DNA of 63,530 nucleotides, the filler included, from Octopus bimaculoides (Eukaryota): the NCBI RefSeq assembly GCF_001194135.2. It is 9 parts of 8 records of this genome, joined end to end, with 100 filler letters (N's around TTAATTAATTAA, not from the genome) between each part and the next. Parts side by side here need not be neighbours in the genome. Positions count along the whole stretch, not along the records: positions 1 to 18,649 come from NC_069003.1; 8 more parts are not named here. One strand, given 5' to 3'. The translations under genes and the position numbers were made by a program. The notes below the pieces were generated by a model. The model ran no database searches and was not told where the DNA came from. It saw only the letters and a list, made by a program, of their open reading frames with translations. Positions within the stretch are counted from its first letter, which is position 1. Each line of letters opens with the position of its first letter. This document shows, in pieces, positions 1 to 13,309 of the stretch.

Positions 1-1369
1 GTATGTCTTTGTGTCTATTAGTCCCCCACCACCGTTTGACAACCGGTGCTGGTGTGTTTCCGTCCACGTTACAGCGGTTCGGCAAGAGGAACTGATAGAA
101 TAAGTACCAGGCTTAAGGAAGAAAAGTACTAGCGGGGTCGATTCATTCGACCGAAAATTCTTCTATGTGGTGCTCCAGCATAGAAGGCCTGACTTATCTA
201 ATGACTGAAACAAAAAAAAAATGTAACATATAAATAAAGTTAAAATAAATACCGGGAAAAATTTTGTTCGACTAAAACCCTTTAAGGCAGTGCCCCAGAA
301 TGGCCGCAGTCCCATGATTGAAACAAGTAAAAGATAAAAAGAATAAAAGAATTCTGAAAAATCATTAAAAAATAAATAAAAAGCCAATAACAAGATCTAT
401 TCCCTTCCTCCCTCCAACATCCCTCCACCTCAACCCGATCTAACCTCTAGACGGAGTTATTGAAATCTGAATTATCTCAAATTTCTAATTCCTGCAACTA
501 ACCATTCTTCTACTAAAGCATCCTGATTTTTCGTCAATTTTTGCTGTTGTTTTTCTTTTTTGTTTGTAATATATATATTTTTTTTACAGTTTTGCTTTCT
601 TATTTTATTGATTGATTTATTTATTTGGCCTTGTTTGCATCATGATAATGTGCCAAGTTCTAGGATTCTTCAATTTACATCGTAGCTACCTACGTCAGAA
701 GTCTCCTTCAACGCTGCTATTCAGAACAGCAATAACAATAACAATCTTTTCTACTGAAGGCACAACGCCTGCAATTTGTGGGGAGGGGTATAGTTGATTA
801 CATCGACCCCAGTACTTGACTGGTACTCGTTTTATCGACCCCGAAAAGATGAAAATCGACCTCGGCGGAATTTGAACTCAGAACGTAAAGACGGATGAAA
901 TGCCGATAAGCATTTTGTCCGGTGTGCTAACGATTCTGCCAGCTTACCGCCACCGCAACAACAATAGCTTTTAAAGAAAAACAAGAAAATAAATGTCTAA
1001 AATACAAACAAAAAGAAGTATAATATAAAACATTCTAAATTACATAAGTCTACGGTGGAGTAAGTCATTATATATGTACACACACACACACACACACGTG
1101 CTGAATGATTGTGCAACATCCTATAACTTTCCTGGAGCCACAGAAAACAAGTTAATGATTTCATTCTAACTGTAAGTTCCTCTTGTTAGCACGTTATTGA
1201 TTCATTCTGTATTTACGCTATTTTTTTAACAATGTGGTTGTTTAACGAAGTTCGAATATCGAATCTTATTTCATTTTGTATCTAGTGCATCTTGGAACAT
1301 CATTAATATGTGTATATGGATGGTTGGACGGACGGACAGACAGACAGGCAGGAAGAGACTGATAGATAG

Positions 1370-1445
<76 letters not shown>

Positions 1446-1879
1446 AGGACGCCATGTGAAGACTGTTGGTATTTTGACACTTATCGCCAAAAGTGAGACT
1501 TTTCTCCGTGGCAAACTGCAGTGGAAACAGCTTATTTACAGACAGAATATGCCCCAAACAGACGTGAACTTATCTAAATGTTTATTTAGTTCATAGTATT
1601 TATTGCTTTCACGTACAGACGATATATTTAGTTCAAGCCTTGCCAACGTTGTCAGTAGGATTCTCTTTTGTGGAAGACGATGCTGATGGTAGCCAAACAG
1701 CTTGAAATTCATTTATTGTTCCAATAGAGGTCGCCAGGTGACTGTTGATGTTTTGGTGCCTATTGCCTAAAGCAAGAATTTTCTCCAAGGCAAACTGCTG
1801 TGAAATCATAATCATTTCTGCCTATGAAAAAAACAAAACAAAAAACAAAAAACATTTTAAAATCTGGAAACTGTTATGA

Positions 1880-2271
1880 TGTAGTGTTTCCCACATGTAT
1901 TGGGTGGCCACTGTTGTGACTGTAGCTGTTGTATCTACTCTAGGAGCCACAGTATTTTCTTGGTATCGGATACAGAGTATCTCTTCTATACCGGAATGGT
2001 AATACACCGTTTCGTCTATCGTGCTATCGCTGATAGCTCTGCAAGACACTGACTTTGAACCGTCTACTTTGATTGCGATTCGAACTCGACTATAACACGT
2101 AACTGACACTTAACTCCAACTGAGAACTCGTACAACGACTCTTCAACAACGACTCTTCAACAACGACTCTTCAACAACGACTCTTCAACAACTGAGACAC
2201 GACTCCCTGTACTGGTTGACCTCGTCTCACTTTATAGTGTTCCGTGGGAGGAGTATATCATTTCCACTACA
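1880..2271 (-). mobile_element. Probable solo LTR or LTR fragment
   Basis: 7-bp inverted termini TGTAGTG (1880-1886) and CACTACA (2265-2271). There is a minus-strand TATAAA about 35 nt in from 2271 and an internal 14-bp tandem repeat. No TSD found. Confidence 0.5.
2133..2188. repeat. 4 x 14-bp tandem repeat (caacgactcttcaa)
   Basis: Four exact contiguous copies inside the putative LTR at 1880-2271. Confidence 0.95.
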
Positions 2272-2613
2272 ACAGAAATCGTTTTCAGACAAAACAGTTT
2301 CACACGAGTTTCCCACAAAATTTCCGTCTACCAAATTCATTAACAAGACATTATTCAGCCCGGGGCTATAGGCAAAGACACTTGTCCCATGTGCCTCGTA
2401 GTTGGACTGAAGCCAAATCATGCAGTTGAGAAGTAAGCTTCTTAGCACACAGCCATGAGACTCTTTCCCACTACCAGAATGTTCTCAAATAACCACTAGA
2501 TTTCTTTCTTTTTTTTAAAATTTCTACATTGATGTAGATTTACATCCAGACGACGAAAACCACAGGAATATTTTTAAGGAATTAATAGTAAATAAGTTCT
2601 AATACTACTAATA

Positions 2614-3664
2614 AACAAGAGCACTCAGAGAGGGCAAACCTCCGCCAAGGCAACACCAACGTTCTTTCAATGAGAGATGATTTTTAAAATGAGAATTTCT
2701 GAAATAATCTCAACTGCTCTCACAAACGAGAATACTAAAAACGAACCCGACCACTCTCAAAAATTAAGTAAAAAAAAAAAAAAAAAAAAAAAAACGAAAA
2801 CTAATCCAGAATTCTTGTCCGGTACTGGATCGTCCCAATGGTAGTCATGGAATGTGAAGGTGGGTTTGCGGGCCGTGTTTGTAATGCTATGTGTGTGTGT
2901 CGTCTGCAGTGGGAACAGGGACAGTTTTCTCTATGAAGGCCTTTTTTAGTCTATCCACTGATAGACCATTTACAGTGAAAAATTTATTCGTACATGAAAG
3001 AAAACGGAAAAGACCTGCATACGGTGCTGTTAACAGAAGTTTAACAACATCATTGCGCACAAAAACATGAGTCCAAGAAGTAAAGCTTCCTTCAAGGTAG
3101 AGCTAGAAATGCAATTGTCAAGTAGGTAAGAGGTTTTAAACAGGAGCGATATATTCAAAATTGGTAAAACTAAAAACTGTCGAAGATAAATTAAATTTAT
3201 TATTGTTACTGAATATGTTGCTGTTATTTAATTTCTGAACGGTTTTACTACTGTTTGTTTATGTAGTTTGATTTCTTTATCCATTAGTTTCTACTAAAAT
3301 AGAGACGTGAGTAAAATTAATAATAAAGAAACGAAAATAAAACTTTGGAAACAGCGCCGCCGCCATAACTTACGTGGAAACCATGAGCGTGCTTTTAAGG
3401 GAAATAATCAGAGAAAGACTTGAAAGTCAACGTAAGATCGTAATACTTCATGAAAAGTAAATATAACAAATAATCCAGAATCCTTATCCGGTACCAGATC
3501 GATCCCAGAATCTAATCAGTTCGTGCCAGTCACGAGGCCAAACATCCCTGAAAATTTCATCCGAATCTATCCAGCGGTTCTTGAGATATCTTGTCCACGG
3601 ATAAATAAACAAACAAACCACGACTGAAAACAATACCTCCGCTTTCGCTAAGGCGGAGGTAGTA
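2614..3664 (+). mobile_element. Helentron/HINE(DINE-1)-like non-autonomous element
   Basis: Subterminal acctccgcc (2638-2646) is the inverse of ggcggaggt (3652-3660). The latter also forms a 3' stem-loop with acctccgc (3635-3642). The class assignment is an inference from this architecture. Confidence 0.5.
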
Positions 3665-3991
3665 AGTCTCTAAAGTAGTGGTTCTGAACCGAGATCCAGC
3701 CTGGGCCCTTAAAGGTTCAGATAAAAGTTTGTAGAAACAATCTACAATAAATTGGTTTATACTTCTACAATACACAAAGTATTTCATAAATTTTTTTAAA
3801 AAATACAATTCTTAATAATGTATTCTAAAAAAATATGATTTTTTAATACCAAATGGGTTGGAGGGTCAATATGAGTAAAATAGGAGTCAGGGGTCCGTAG
3901 GCAAAAAAAGTGGTTCTCAGTCGGGGTCCATATGGCTCGTGGGAATCCATATAAGATTTTGTGAGAATTTATCTGCAATAAAATCCTTATG

Positions 3992-4165
3992 TTTTGTTGT
4001 GACTAGGGAGAGTCATCATGTCAATATAATTAACACACACACTGGTTCAATCCACTCATTAAATATCAGATTTTAAAAAAAGCGGATATCTAATAAACGA
4101 GTGGAATTGAACCAGTGTGTGTGTTAATTATATTGGCATGATGACTCTCCCTAGACACAACAAAA
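3992..4165. repeat. Foldback inverted repeat with ~75-bp arms
   Basis: ttttgttgtgactagggagagtcatcatgtcaatataattaacacacacactggttcaat.. is mirrored by ..ttgaaccagtgtgtgtgttaattatattggcatgatgactctccctagacacaacaaaa. Confidence 0.9.
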
Positions 4166-4276
4166 TTTGTTTCAACACACGAATTCACATAAAGAATCTT
4201 GCAAGCCAGATACAAAAACGAAATAAAATTCTTATAGTTCTACAATGCACAAAATATTTTGTCAAGTTTTTTATAC

Positions 4277-5294
4277 TGTAGTGAAACCTCTCTCTCGGGC
4301 ATTCAATCACAAATGATAACGAAGAGGCTAACATCTAGCCTTCGGCTGCTTTGGACCCTTGTGTCCACTACTCTGATTGGGTCTCATTTGCGCGGCAATT
4401 GTCCCCAGTTCTGCTTCGCGCCAGGGTGCATTCCATCCAATCCTGGCCTTCTAATAAGGTCACGTGAGAGAGTGATTTCTGCCTGTTTTATGGAGCCCCC
4501 TGTTCATCTATAAATAAGCCTGTTTGAATCCGCCAGTCGTCGCGATTTCAGATCTCTCACAGGTCTGGTCGTTTGACCACATACCAACCAGCCAGTTTCC
4601 AGCGACGACGTCATCACCACCAAAGTACTGTCTACCACAATGTCGTCGCTAGCAACACCACCACCAGAGTCCACAACAAACGCGGTTTCATCTTGACACT
4701 GTATGAGTGGATTATTTCCACCACGAAGTTAACAGTCAGAACCAACTTGCGAAGATATTCTGTACCAGGTAACCGGTCGCAGTATCGACGCTCAACACAC
4801 ACAACATGTGACACCACGGCTCTGCTCTGTTGGCCACAACTTCCTGCGTATGAACATTCTATCTCCTTGTGTAACTCTTATATGAACTGGTATTTCTCTA
4901 TCTCTGTGTTTAGGACTTTTACAGTCTATGTTACAGACACTCTTTCTATGTTCTGTATTCCTCTCTCTCCCACACACATATTGTACTCTCACATATTGTA
5001 CACACACTCTTGCTTACACGAAGGCCTGACTTATCTACTGTGTTATTTATATATGCCGCATGCACGCACACACAGACACTACAGTTTCACTTTGTTAATA
5101 AACTTACTCTCTTTATATATCTAACGGTTGTCTCTGCCACTCTCTTGTTCCTTTACTGGCACTTGGCTCGCATCTCTCACGGCGAGCCTTCTATGTTATA
5201 TATCATATTTTGTGTTTGACCGTGCGACGCGTTAAAAGGAGCCTTTTCCGTCTCGTCGCCATTATCCTTTGGTTCACACGGTCGTACTATTACA
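4277..5294 (+). mobile_element. Solo LTR (4-bp TSD, Ty3/Gypsy-like)
   Basis: Starts TGTAGTG and ends TATTACA (TG..CA). Perfect 4-bp TSD ATAC at 4273-4276 and 5295-5298. TATAAA at 4509-4514 and AATAAA at 5097-5102. Confidence 0.8.
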
Positions 5295-6350
5295 ATACAA
5301 TTCCTAATAAAATTTAATTATAAAAAATATAATAGGATTTTTTAAATATCAAATGGCTCGGAGGGTCCATCTAAAGAAAATAGGAATCAGAAGGGCCTTT
5401 AGGTAAAAAGGGGTTGAGAAACATTGCTCTAAAGAATCTGTTCAGCCCAGGGCTTCAAAACAAACAAACAAACAAGCAAACAGAAAAACGAACCAATGTT
5501 AGGTCAGATTGCACTGAAGAGTTGAGGGTAAACTTGTCAATATGTCAGAGGTTTGTCAAATGTGAGAGGCGGGTGAAGGTTTTGGATGAGTGCAATAACC
5601 TCAGGGTGTTACATTTGTATCAACAAACGGGGGAGGTTGACACACACACATACACACACAAAGGATGTCCATATACGTACGCACAGTGTTATACATACAT
5701 ATGTGCGCGCAAAGACAAGAATGAAGACACAAACACGCGTGTATGCAAAAACAAGGAAGCACACAAACACACCGAGGACACATACACACAAACAAGCATG
5801 GACACATACAAACACGTACAATGAATGTACACACACACAAATAGAAGAAAGGGATGTATACACACCAAGCATACAAAACAGAAACAACCGATGTACATAT
5901 GCACATACAAGTACATACATACACAATGGATGTAAACACACACACATACACACATATGTATATTTATACAGATTTTAGTTTAGTATTATTTTCAAGTTTA
6001 AAGTCAAGGTCAACGGAAGTGGATTATTGGATCGATTATTTGTAGAAGGAAAGAAAGGAAGGAGAGAGAGAGGGGGAGAGAAGAGGAAAGGCTAAGAGTA
6101 GTCGAGGGTAAGAAATAAAAGAAATGAATAAATGAATAAAAAATAATTAAACATAAAGTGGAGCATAAAGTAAAAAAATATGGCTAAAGAGGAAGTAACT
6201 CAGAAGGGGCAATAGTAAATCGTAGTTCATAGTAAGGATACGTATATTGGTAGGATCTTAATTGGACTGATTAAGATTAAGGCACTATATCAAACCTTGT
6301 GAGTGAATTTGTGCAGACGGAAAGTGAAAGAAGCCTTTCGTATGTGCGTG

Positions 6351-6395
<45 letters not shown>

Positions 6396-6949
6396 CATAG
6401 ATCGTAATAATTTTATATTTGGGTTTACATATCGCATGCTGTTTAAAGCCTGTCTGCAGTATTCGGCTATCTGATGTCAAAACTGTATGGAGTTATATGT
6501 CACTGGATTTACTTCAGGAATTCCTTTGTGTCCATTGAGTTTATACACACACATACACACACACATATATATATATATGAATATGAAAAACAGAAAATGG
6601 AATTCACGAGACCCTTTATTCAGAAACACTGCGAGATTACTCGCGAGACACTGATGCATGATGAGTCGAAACGATCGTAGTGATTCTGAATAAAGCGTCC
6701 CGTGAATTTTATTTTCTGTCTCTCATACGTACGTACCTACATATCTTTTATCTTGTTTTAGTCATTTGACTACATCTTAGTTTTAGTTTTAGTTGAACAA
6801 ATCGACCCTAAGACTTACATTTTCTAAAGCCTAGTAGTTCTTCTTTCGGTCACTTTTGCCGAACTGCTACGTTACGGGGACGTAAACACACCGACATCAG
6901 TTGCCAACCGGTGGGAGTGGGGGACAAATACAGACACCCACAGATACAC

Positions 6950-7650
6950 GTGTAGGGGCTTTAATTTCACATCACCAGGGTCATTTCCTCCCAAAAGAAG
7001 TGTCAGGCGGTTTTTAGAAGTTTTAAGTCTTGATGTTGATTTCCCTTCTCGACTTCTAGCAAGCAAGCGCTTCCCAAAAAAGTGCAGTTTCATCGACATC
7101 GTATACTTGCTCAGGTGTGTAGCCCCCTTCAGCAATCAATTTCTTCAGCCGCTCAAAATTAGTATCAGCGCTTGCAGTTCCACTTGTCATTTTTATGTTG
7201 TGCAAATTTATGCGTTTCTTAAACCTTTCAAACAAGCCTTTACTGGCCAAAAAGGGGTTTTCATTAAAAGTTTCACCTTCCTTTTACGGGAAATTGTCAT
7301 AGAAGCATAAAAAAAAGAAATAACCATCGTATTTATCGGCACCTTATGACGATCCTGATCCTCGATCCAAACACTCAAGAGTCATTCCATTATAAGCATT
7401 ATTTAGATGGAAAAATAAGGTTCGGACAGTTAACAGAGCAACTTCTTGAGCTCTTGACATAATTTTCTCTCTGTTGTCATGTATTGTTCCTAGACGTTGC
7501 AAGACGTAATGTTTTGGCAAACTTAGATTCACTTCTGTATTAAGTCTTTTTGAAACATGAAGTTTAATATCTAGTGTAATCCCTTTACGATTCTTTTTCG
7601 TACAACTTCCTTCAGGTCTACTTGATAGCTTCTTTCCAGAGATCTTAAAT
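6950..7650 (-). mobile_element. Tigger/pogo (TIGD/CENP-B-like) transposase remnant
   Basis: ASKGLFERFKKRINLHNIK..SASAD, GYTPEQVYDVDETALFW and KTSKNRLTLLLGGN..GDVKLKP are CENP-B HTH and DDE_1 motifs, with frameshifts. Confidence 0.85.
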
Positions 7651-9195
7651 TGAAGGCAAGTCCAAACAAGTATGGAGTAAAAAAAAATGATTCAGAAAAG
7701 ATCTAATTTGTGAGAGAGGACAATTGTCTAATTCCTGTATATGCAATGAGGTAAAATAAGATGAAAATGTTTAGGTCTGTGGAAGAGAATGTATCATTAC
7801 AGCTAGCTAAAGGGTCAGCAGATTTTATAGGCAATTCGCCCCTTGCACTTCTGGTTTAAAACATAAATATACACACACATACTCACTCACTCACACCCAC
7901 TCTTTCTCTCTCTCTCACTCACTCTCTCTCTCACACACACGTGTTGGTGTACATGGTGATAGCTGTTGTAACCAGTTGGTTTCAAAAGCTGGTGGGTTGA
8001 TAGTGGTAATGATGTGGGTTGCATTGGTTTAGATGTTTGTGACGGTGGGTGGGTATTGTTGTTAGTGTGGTGGTTGTATCGTTGTTGCTAGTATTGTCTT
8101 AAGTCAATCCTCACAAACTTAAGATCAAAGATATTTCATTCAACATAGAAAACACACTAACATACCTCGTTATATGTTTTTATTTGAAATGGATTTGCTT
8201 ATCTTTTTCGTACTATATATTAGTATTGCTGTTGGCGGTTGTGTTCGTGTTGATAGAAACACATACACACACACACACCTATATTATGTGTGTGTGTCTG
8301 TGCGTGCGTGGGCGCACGCATGTAACAGGATAGTTTTTCAAATCGTTAAGTATATACTCTGATCTCAATTAAAACACAAGTGGCCATTAAACTAAGAAAG
8401 TGTAGTTTTAATGTAAGTTCCCGTAAGGACAAAATTATAGTCATTTGACTGCGGCCATGCTGGAGCACCGCCTTTAGTCGAATTAAATCGACCCCAGGAC
8501 TTATTCTTTGTAAACCTAGTACTTATTCTATCGTTCTGTTTTGCCGAACCGCTAAGTTACGGGGACCTAAACACACCAGCATCGGTTGTCAAGCGATGTT
8601 TNNNNNNNNNNNNNNNNNNNNNNNNNNNNNNNNNNNNNNNNNNNNNNNNNNNNNNNNNNNNNNNNNNNNNNNNNNNNNNNNNNNNNNNNNNNNNNNNNNN
8701 NNNNNNNNNNNNNNNNNNNNNNNNNNNNNNNNNNNNNNNNNNNNNNNNNNNNNNNNNNNNNNNNNNNNNNNNNNNNNNNNNNNNNNNNNNNNNNNNNNNN
8801 NNNNNNNNATATATATATATATATACATATACGACGGGTTTCTTTCAATTTCCGTCTACCAAATCCACTCACAAGGCTTTGGTCGGCACAACAAGGCACC
8901 AATGTTTGCTGGAAATAGCTGTTGATAACCGTATGTAAAGCTTCACTGAATGTATACAGGCAAAGATGTGTGCGAGCGGCGAACAAAAAAAATTTCGTAT
9001 ATATTATCTGATCGTGCTTGATCGGACACACATAGTAGAAGACACTTGCCCAAGGTACCACGCAGTGGGACTGAACCCAGAACCATGTTGTTTGGAAGTA
9101 AGCGTCTTATCACACAGCTACGCCTTATGTGTGACCTTAATGTGACTGTGCTCACACAACATATGCAAAGGTACAAACATATACACAGTAACATA

Positions 9196-10396
9196 TCAGG
9201 TTGAGTAAAAAGTAAGGAACGTTTCGAACCATGAAGAATTTGTACCGGATTTTTGCAGTTCTGAATAAATTAACATTGTTATTTTTTTCACCGTTGTTAC
9301 AATCATCTGAAATGGAACTGTCAAAGCGCGATATTCAAGCAATTTCGTTATTCAACTTCAAAAAAGTACGTAAAGCAGCTGAAACTGCTCACGATATCAA
9401 TGAAACGTTTGGTGAAGAAATGACCAGTGAGTGGTCAGCTCGAAAATGGTTTAAATGATTTCACAGTGGAGACCTAAGCCTTGAAGGCCGTGAGCATAGG
9501 GGACGCCCATCTGTCATTGATGACCATCACTGAGAAAGATCCACGTAAAACCACTCGAGAACTGGCAAAGAACGTCAAGTTAGCCAGAAAACTGCCTACA
9601 ACCATTTGCATGCGATCGGAAAATAAAAAAAGCTCGACAAATGGGTACCACACGATTTGAAAATCAGAAAATGCGCAGATATGAAATTTGCTTGTTGCTT
9701 CTTCTCCGTAATCAGACCGATCCATTTCTCGACCGTATTGTAATTTGCGGTGAAAAGAGGATTCTGTACAATAATAAAAAATGTTCTTTGCAGTGGTTGG
9801 ACTAAAATGAAATGCCGAAAACCTTCCCTAAACCCAAACTCTTCAAAAAGAAGGTTATAGTGACTGTTTGGTGGTGTACTGCTGAACTCATCCACTATAA
9901 TTTCTTAAAACTTGGAAAAAACATTACTGCAGAAATATATTGCTATGAGATTGCCAAAATGAACGAAAAACTGCTACTCTTCCATCCCAGACTGGTCAAC
10001 AGAAGAGGGCCAATCATTCTTCATGACAATGCTTGACCACACGTTTCACTAATGACGCTCCAGAAGTTGAGAGAATTTGGCTACGAAGTTCTTCCCTACC
10101 CAGTTAATTCCCCGGACCTTTCTCCTATCGACTACCACTTTTTGAAGCACCTTGAGGGTTCCCTGCGAGAGAAGGAGTTCAAAAATCAAACCAATGCTGA
10201 AAGTGTGTTCAAAAGAGTTCATCAGCTCCAGAACTCCAGGTTTTTATGTTACCGGAATAAACAAACTTGTAACTTGTTGGCAAAAATGTGTTCATTGTAA
10301 TGGTACTTACTTTGATGAATAAAATTTCCACATTGTTGAAATATATTGTGATGAATTTCATGTTTCAAAATGTTGCATACTCTTTACTCAGCCTGA
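9196..10396 (+). mobile_element. Full-length degenerate mariner (cecropia/Hsmar1-like), D,D34D
   Basis: Imperfect TIRs tcaggttgagtaaaaagtaaggaac and gttgcatactctttactcagcctga, each flanked by TA (9194-9195, 10397-10398). Broken ORFs 9231-9458, 9812-10036 and 10052-10300 give RDIQAISLFNFKK..AAETAHDINETFG, VTVWW and HDNA*PH..SPDLSPIDY, with 34 residues between the last two Asp. Confidence 0.92.
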
Positions 10397-12105
10397 TACA
10401 AATGCACACACATATACACACATATCCACAGAACTTACACATTCACATGCATACATGCAAATATATCTATACCAATCTACATCCATACACATACACACAC
10501 ATACATACATGCATACTGTATCTGCAGATATATGTTCACACCAGACGGCCTATACATGCACATGTACACAAATATACAAGTATATCCACATTCTGAAGGA
10601 CCTACATGCAAACATGCACACACACATGTGTACATGCACACACACACTGACAGGCATGTAATGAAATTGACAAATGTAATTAATGATAATAACATGGTGA
10701 GAAAAAGGCAACCAAAATAAATGGCAGATGTTTTAAATATGTCGTAAGTTGTCTCCTGTAAGGGAGACAACTTATGACATATTTCAGCATTAGTAAATCT
10801 CTTCAGCAATTTAGAGACTTCAAGATATTTGTTGAACTAGTAATGAGAGACTTGCTATGTTGGTGCATCCATCCAACCAACCAGCCAACCAACCATCTCT
10901 GCCCTCTATTCCTAAGAGGATCATGGGAATAGAGACCTCAAGCAGGCATGGTCCCAGGAATTTTTTGAAAGAACGGCACAAGGTCAGAAAGGAATACAAT
11001 TCCAAGAGAAAAGGGCATAATAACATTATTTAGAAGGGTGCACTTCTTTTTTTGAGGGGAGGCACGTCTCCCCACCCCCAATCTGCCCCTGTCAGGTACT
11101 TCCCCAATAACATGTCCTATCAGAAACAGCCATAATTACACTTTCAGGTTGGATTCCTGAACACGACCATCTGGGACCGTGGATTATTATTGCCACCAGT
11201 AACCGGAAAAAGTACCGCAGGAAAAATGGTTGAACAAGAAGTCAAAAGAGTCTATTGGAGAAAAAAACAAAAAATGGCAGCTGTGCAGTCAATTGTTCTT
11301 ATACAGATTCATAGCAATAAAAATGATGAACACATTTCATGGGTAGAGTGAATGTAGAATTGTAATTTCTTACTTCTATTTCAATTTTAGAAAAAAATTA
11401 AACACAGACTCCATTTTTACCTGTGGCATTGTTACTGTTGCATTTTCTCCTGTGGCATTTTTTACAATTGCATTTTATTTTCTGGGATTCTTGCCACTAT
11501 CTCAATTATGATCTTCCCCTCAGTCACCTGCCTGTTAACTTGGTTTGAAGAATTCGTCTTGTGATTCTTTGCTGTGGTTTTCTAATCACATATTTACAGT
11601 ACCAGCACTGTGACCTCTCAATGCAGAGAAGTAACAGATTGACCTGGAGAAACTACATGGATCTCCAAGCTATTCCATGCATCAAGTAACATTATTCCAA
11701 AGATCCTTTTGAGAAAGCCCTATTTCAGCTGCTTGTATTCTTGTATTCTTCCACTCATTACCCAGCATTTGAGACTCATTATGTAGGCGTACAATATTGT
11801 AAAAATTAGGTGTAACTAATTAGCATATTTGACACAAAACAAGTCACTGCAGTTAGTTACTCAGAGACGCCATCCATTGTTCTCCATGCGGATGTCGTCT
11901 GTAGATAATTAGAAACAATGATTATGTTTTATTTTTAAATACGTGTATAGATAAACGTGTGTGTGTATAAAGATTTATATTCACATGCCCAGGCACATAA
12001 ACAAATAGACAGACACAGATTAACATCTCTTTTCATACACACACACATATATAAAACCATATATACATTAGACATACACAGAGACATATATACATAGACA
12101 AATAC

Positions 12106-12139
<34 letters not shown>

Positions 12140-13309
12140 NNNNNNNNNNNNNNNNNNNNNNNNNNNNNNNNNNNNNNNNNNNNNNNNNNNNNNNNNNNNN
12201 NNNNNNNNNNNNNNNNNNNNNNNNNNNNNNNNNNNNNNNNNNNNNNNNNNNNNNNNNNNNNNNNNNNNNNNNNNNNNNNNNNNNNNNNNNNNNNNNNNNN
12301 NNNNNNNNNNNNNNNNNNNNNNNNNNNNNNNNNNNNNNNNNNNNNNNNNNNNNNNNNNNNNNNNNNNNNNNNNNNNNNNNNNNNNNNNNNNNNNNNNNNN
12401 NNNNNNNNNNNNNNNNNNNNNNNNNNNNNNNNNNNNNNNNNNNNNNNNNNNNNNNNNNNNNNNNNNNNNNNNNNNNNNNNNNNNNNNNNNNNNNNNNNNN
12501 NNNNNNNNNNNNNNNNNNNNNNNNNNNNNNNNNNNNNNNNNNNNNNNNNNNNNNNNNNNNNNNNNNNNATAATTGTATGAATTCCTGTGTGTAGAACACA
12601 AATCCACAAACATTTTCTGAAAATTCCAAAACTTAAAAAAAAGGTTAAAAAGGGGTTTATATGGGGTGCTTAAAGCAGAATTCTGTCAAAAAAAATCTAT
12701 TAGTTTAATGCTTAAAAAGAAAGGCGTTTTGACGTTTCAGATGCTAATCATTCACCAGAAAAAAATAAAAGAATGAGAAAGGTGGTGGGAAGACTAATAT
12801 CAATGAGAAAAGGGGTTGGGAAAAAAAAGGGTTAAGGGACCAGGTGGGAATGCTGATATATGGGGAAGGGATTAGGCAGTCAGATAGATGCAAGGTAGTA
12901 TATACATGTATGGGAGGGCATCCATATATGGAGATAAGTGTCTGTGTGTGTATGTGTGTGTATGTGTGTGTGTATGTGTGCATGTGTGTGTGTGTATGTG
13001 TGTGTATGTGTGTGTGTATGTGTGCATGTGTGTGTGTGGAGGTATGTAGGTATGGAAGTGTAGTGGTGTGAAATAATGGTGTGTGGGAAGATGGTGTGTA
13101 GGTGTAATGCGAGAGGAAGGTGTGAAGCCGAAATCAAAGGAAAGATAAGAGGAGTGTGGGGTTTAAAAGAAACACAGGTGTAAAAACTCTAGGGTGAGAG
13201 AAATTTTTTTAAATGGTAAAATGATAACACTGGAAAAACATTTGGAGGTTAAGAGCCACAATGTCCAGAAAAAATAATAAAAGAAGGACATTTATCTATC
13301 TTTATATAT

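Larger units (their letters stand above)
3676..5426. mobile_element. Non-autonomous hAT (Charlie-type) element with internal duplication and nested insertions
   Basis: Termini tagtggttctgaacc and ggttgagaaacattg. Perfect 8-bp TSD CTCTAAAG at 3668-3675 and 5427-5434. Confidence 0.85.

Noticed and set aside
4573-5124. 183-aa ORF starting at a non-ATG codon
   Set aside because: It lies wholly inside the solo LTR, has low-complexity Thr/His/Tyr composition, and shows no gag or pol motifs.
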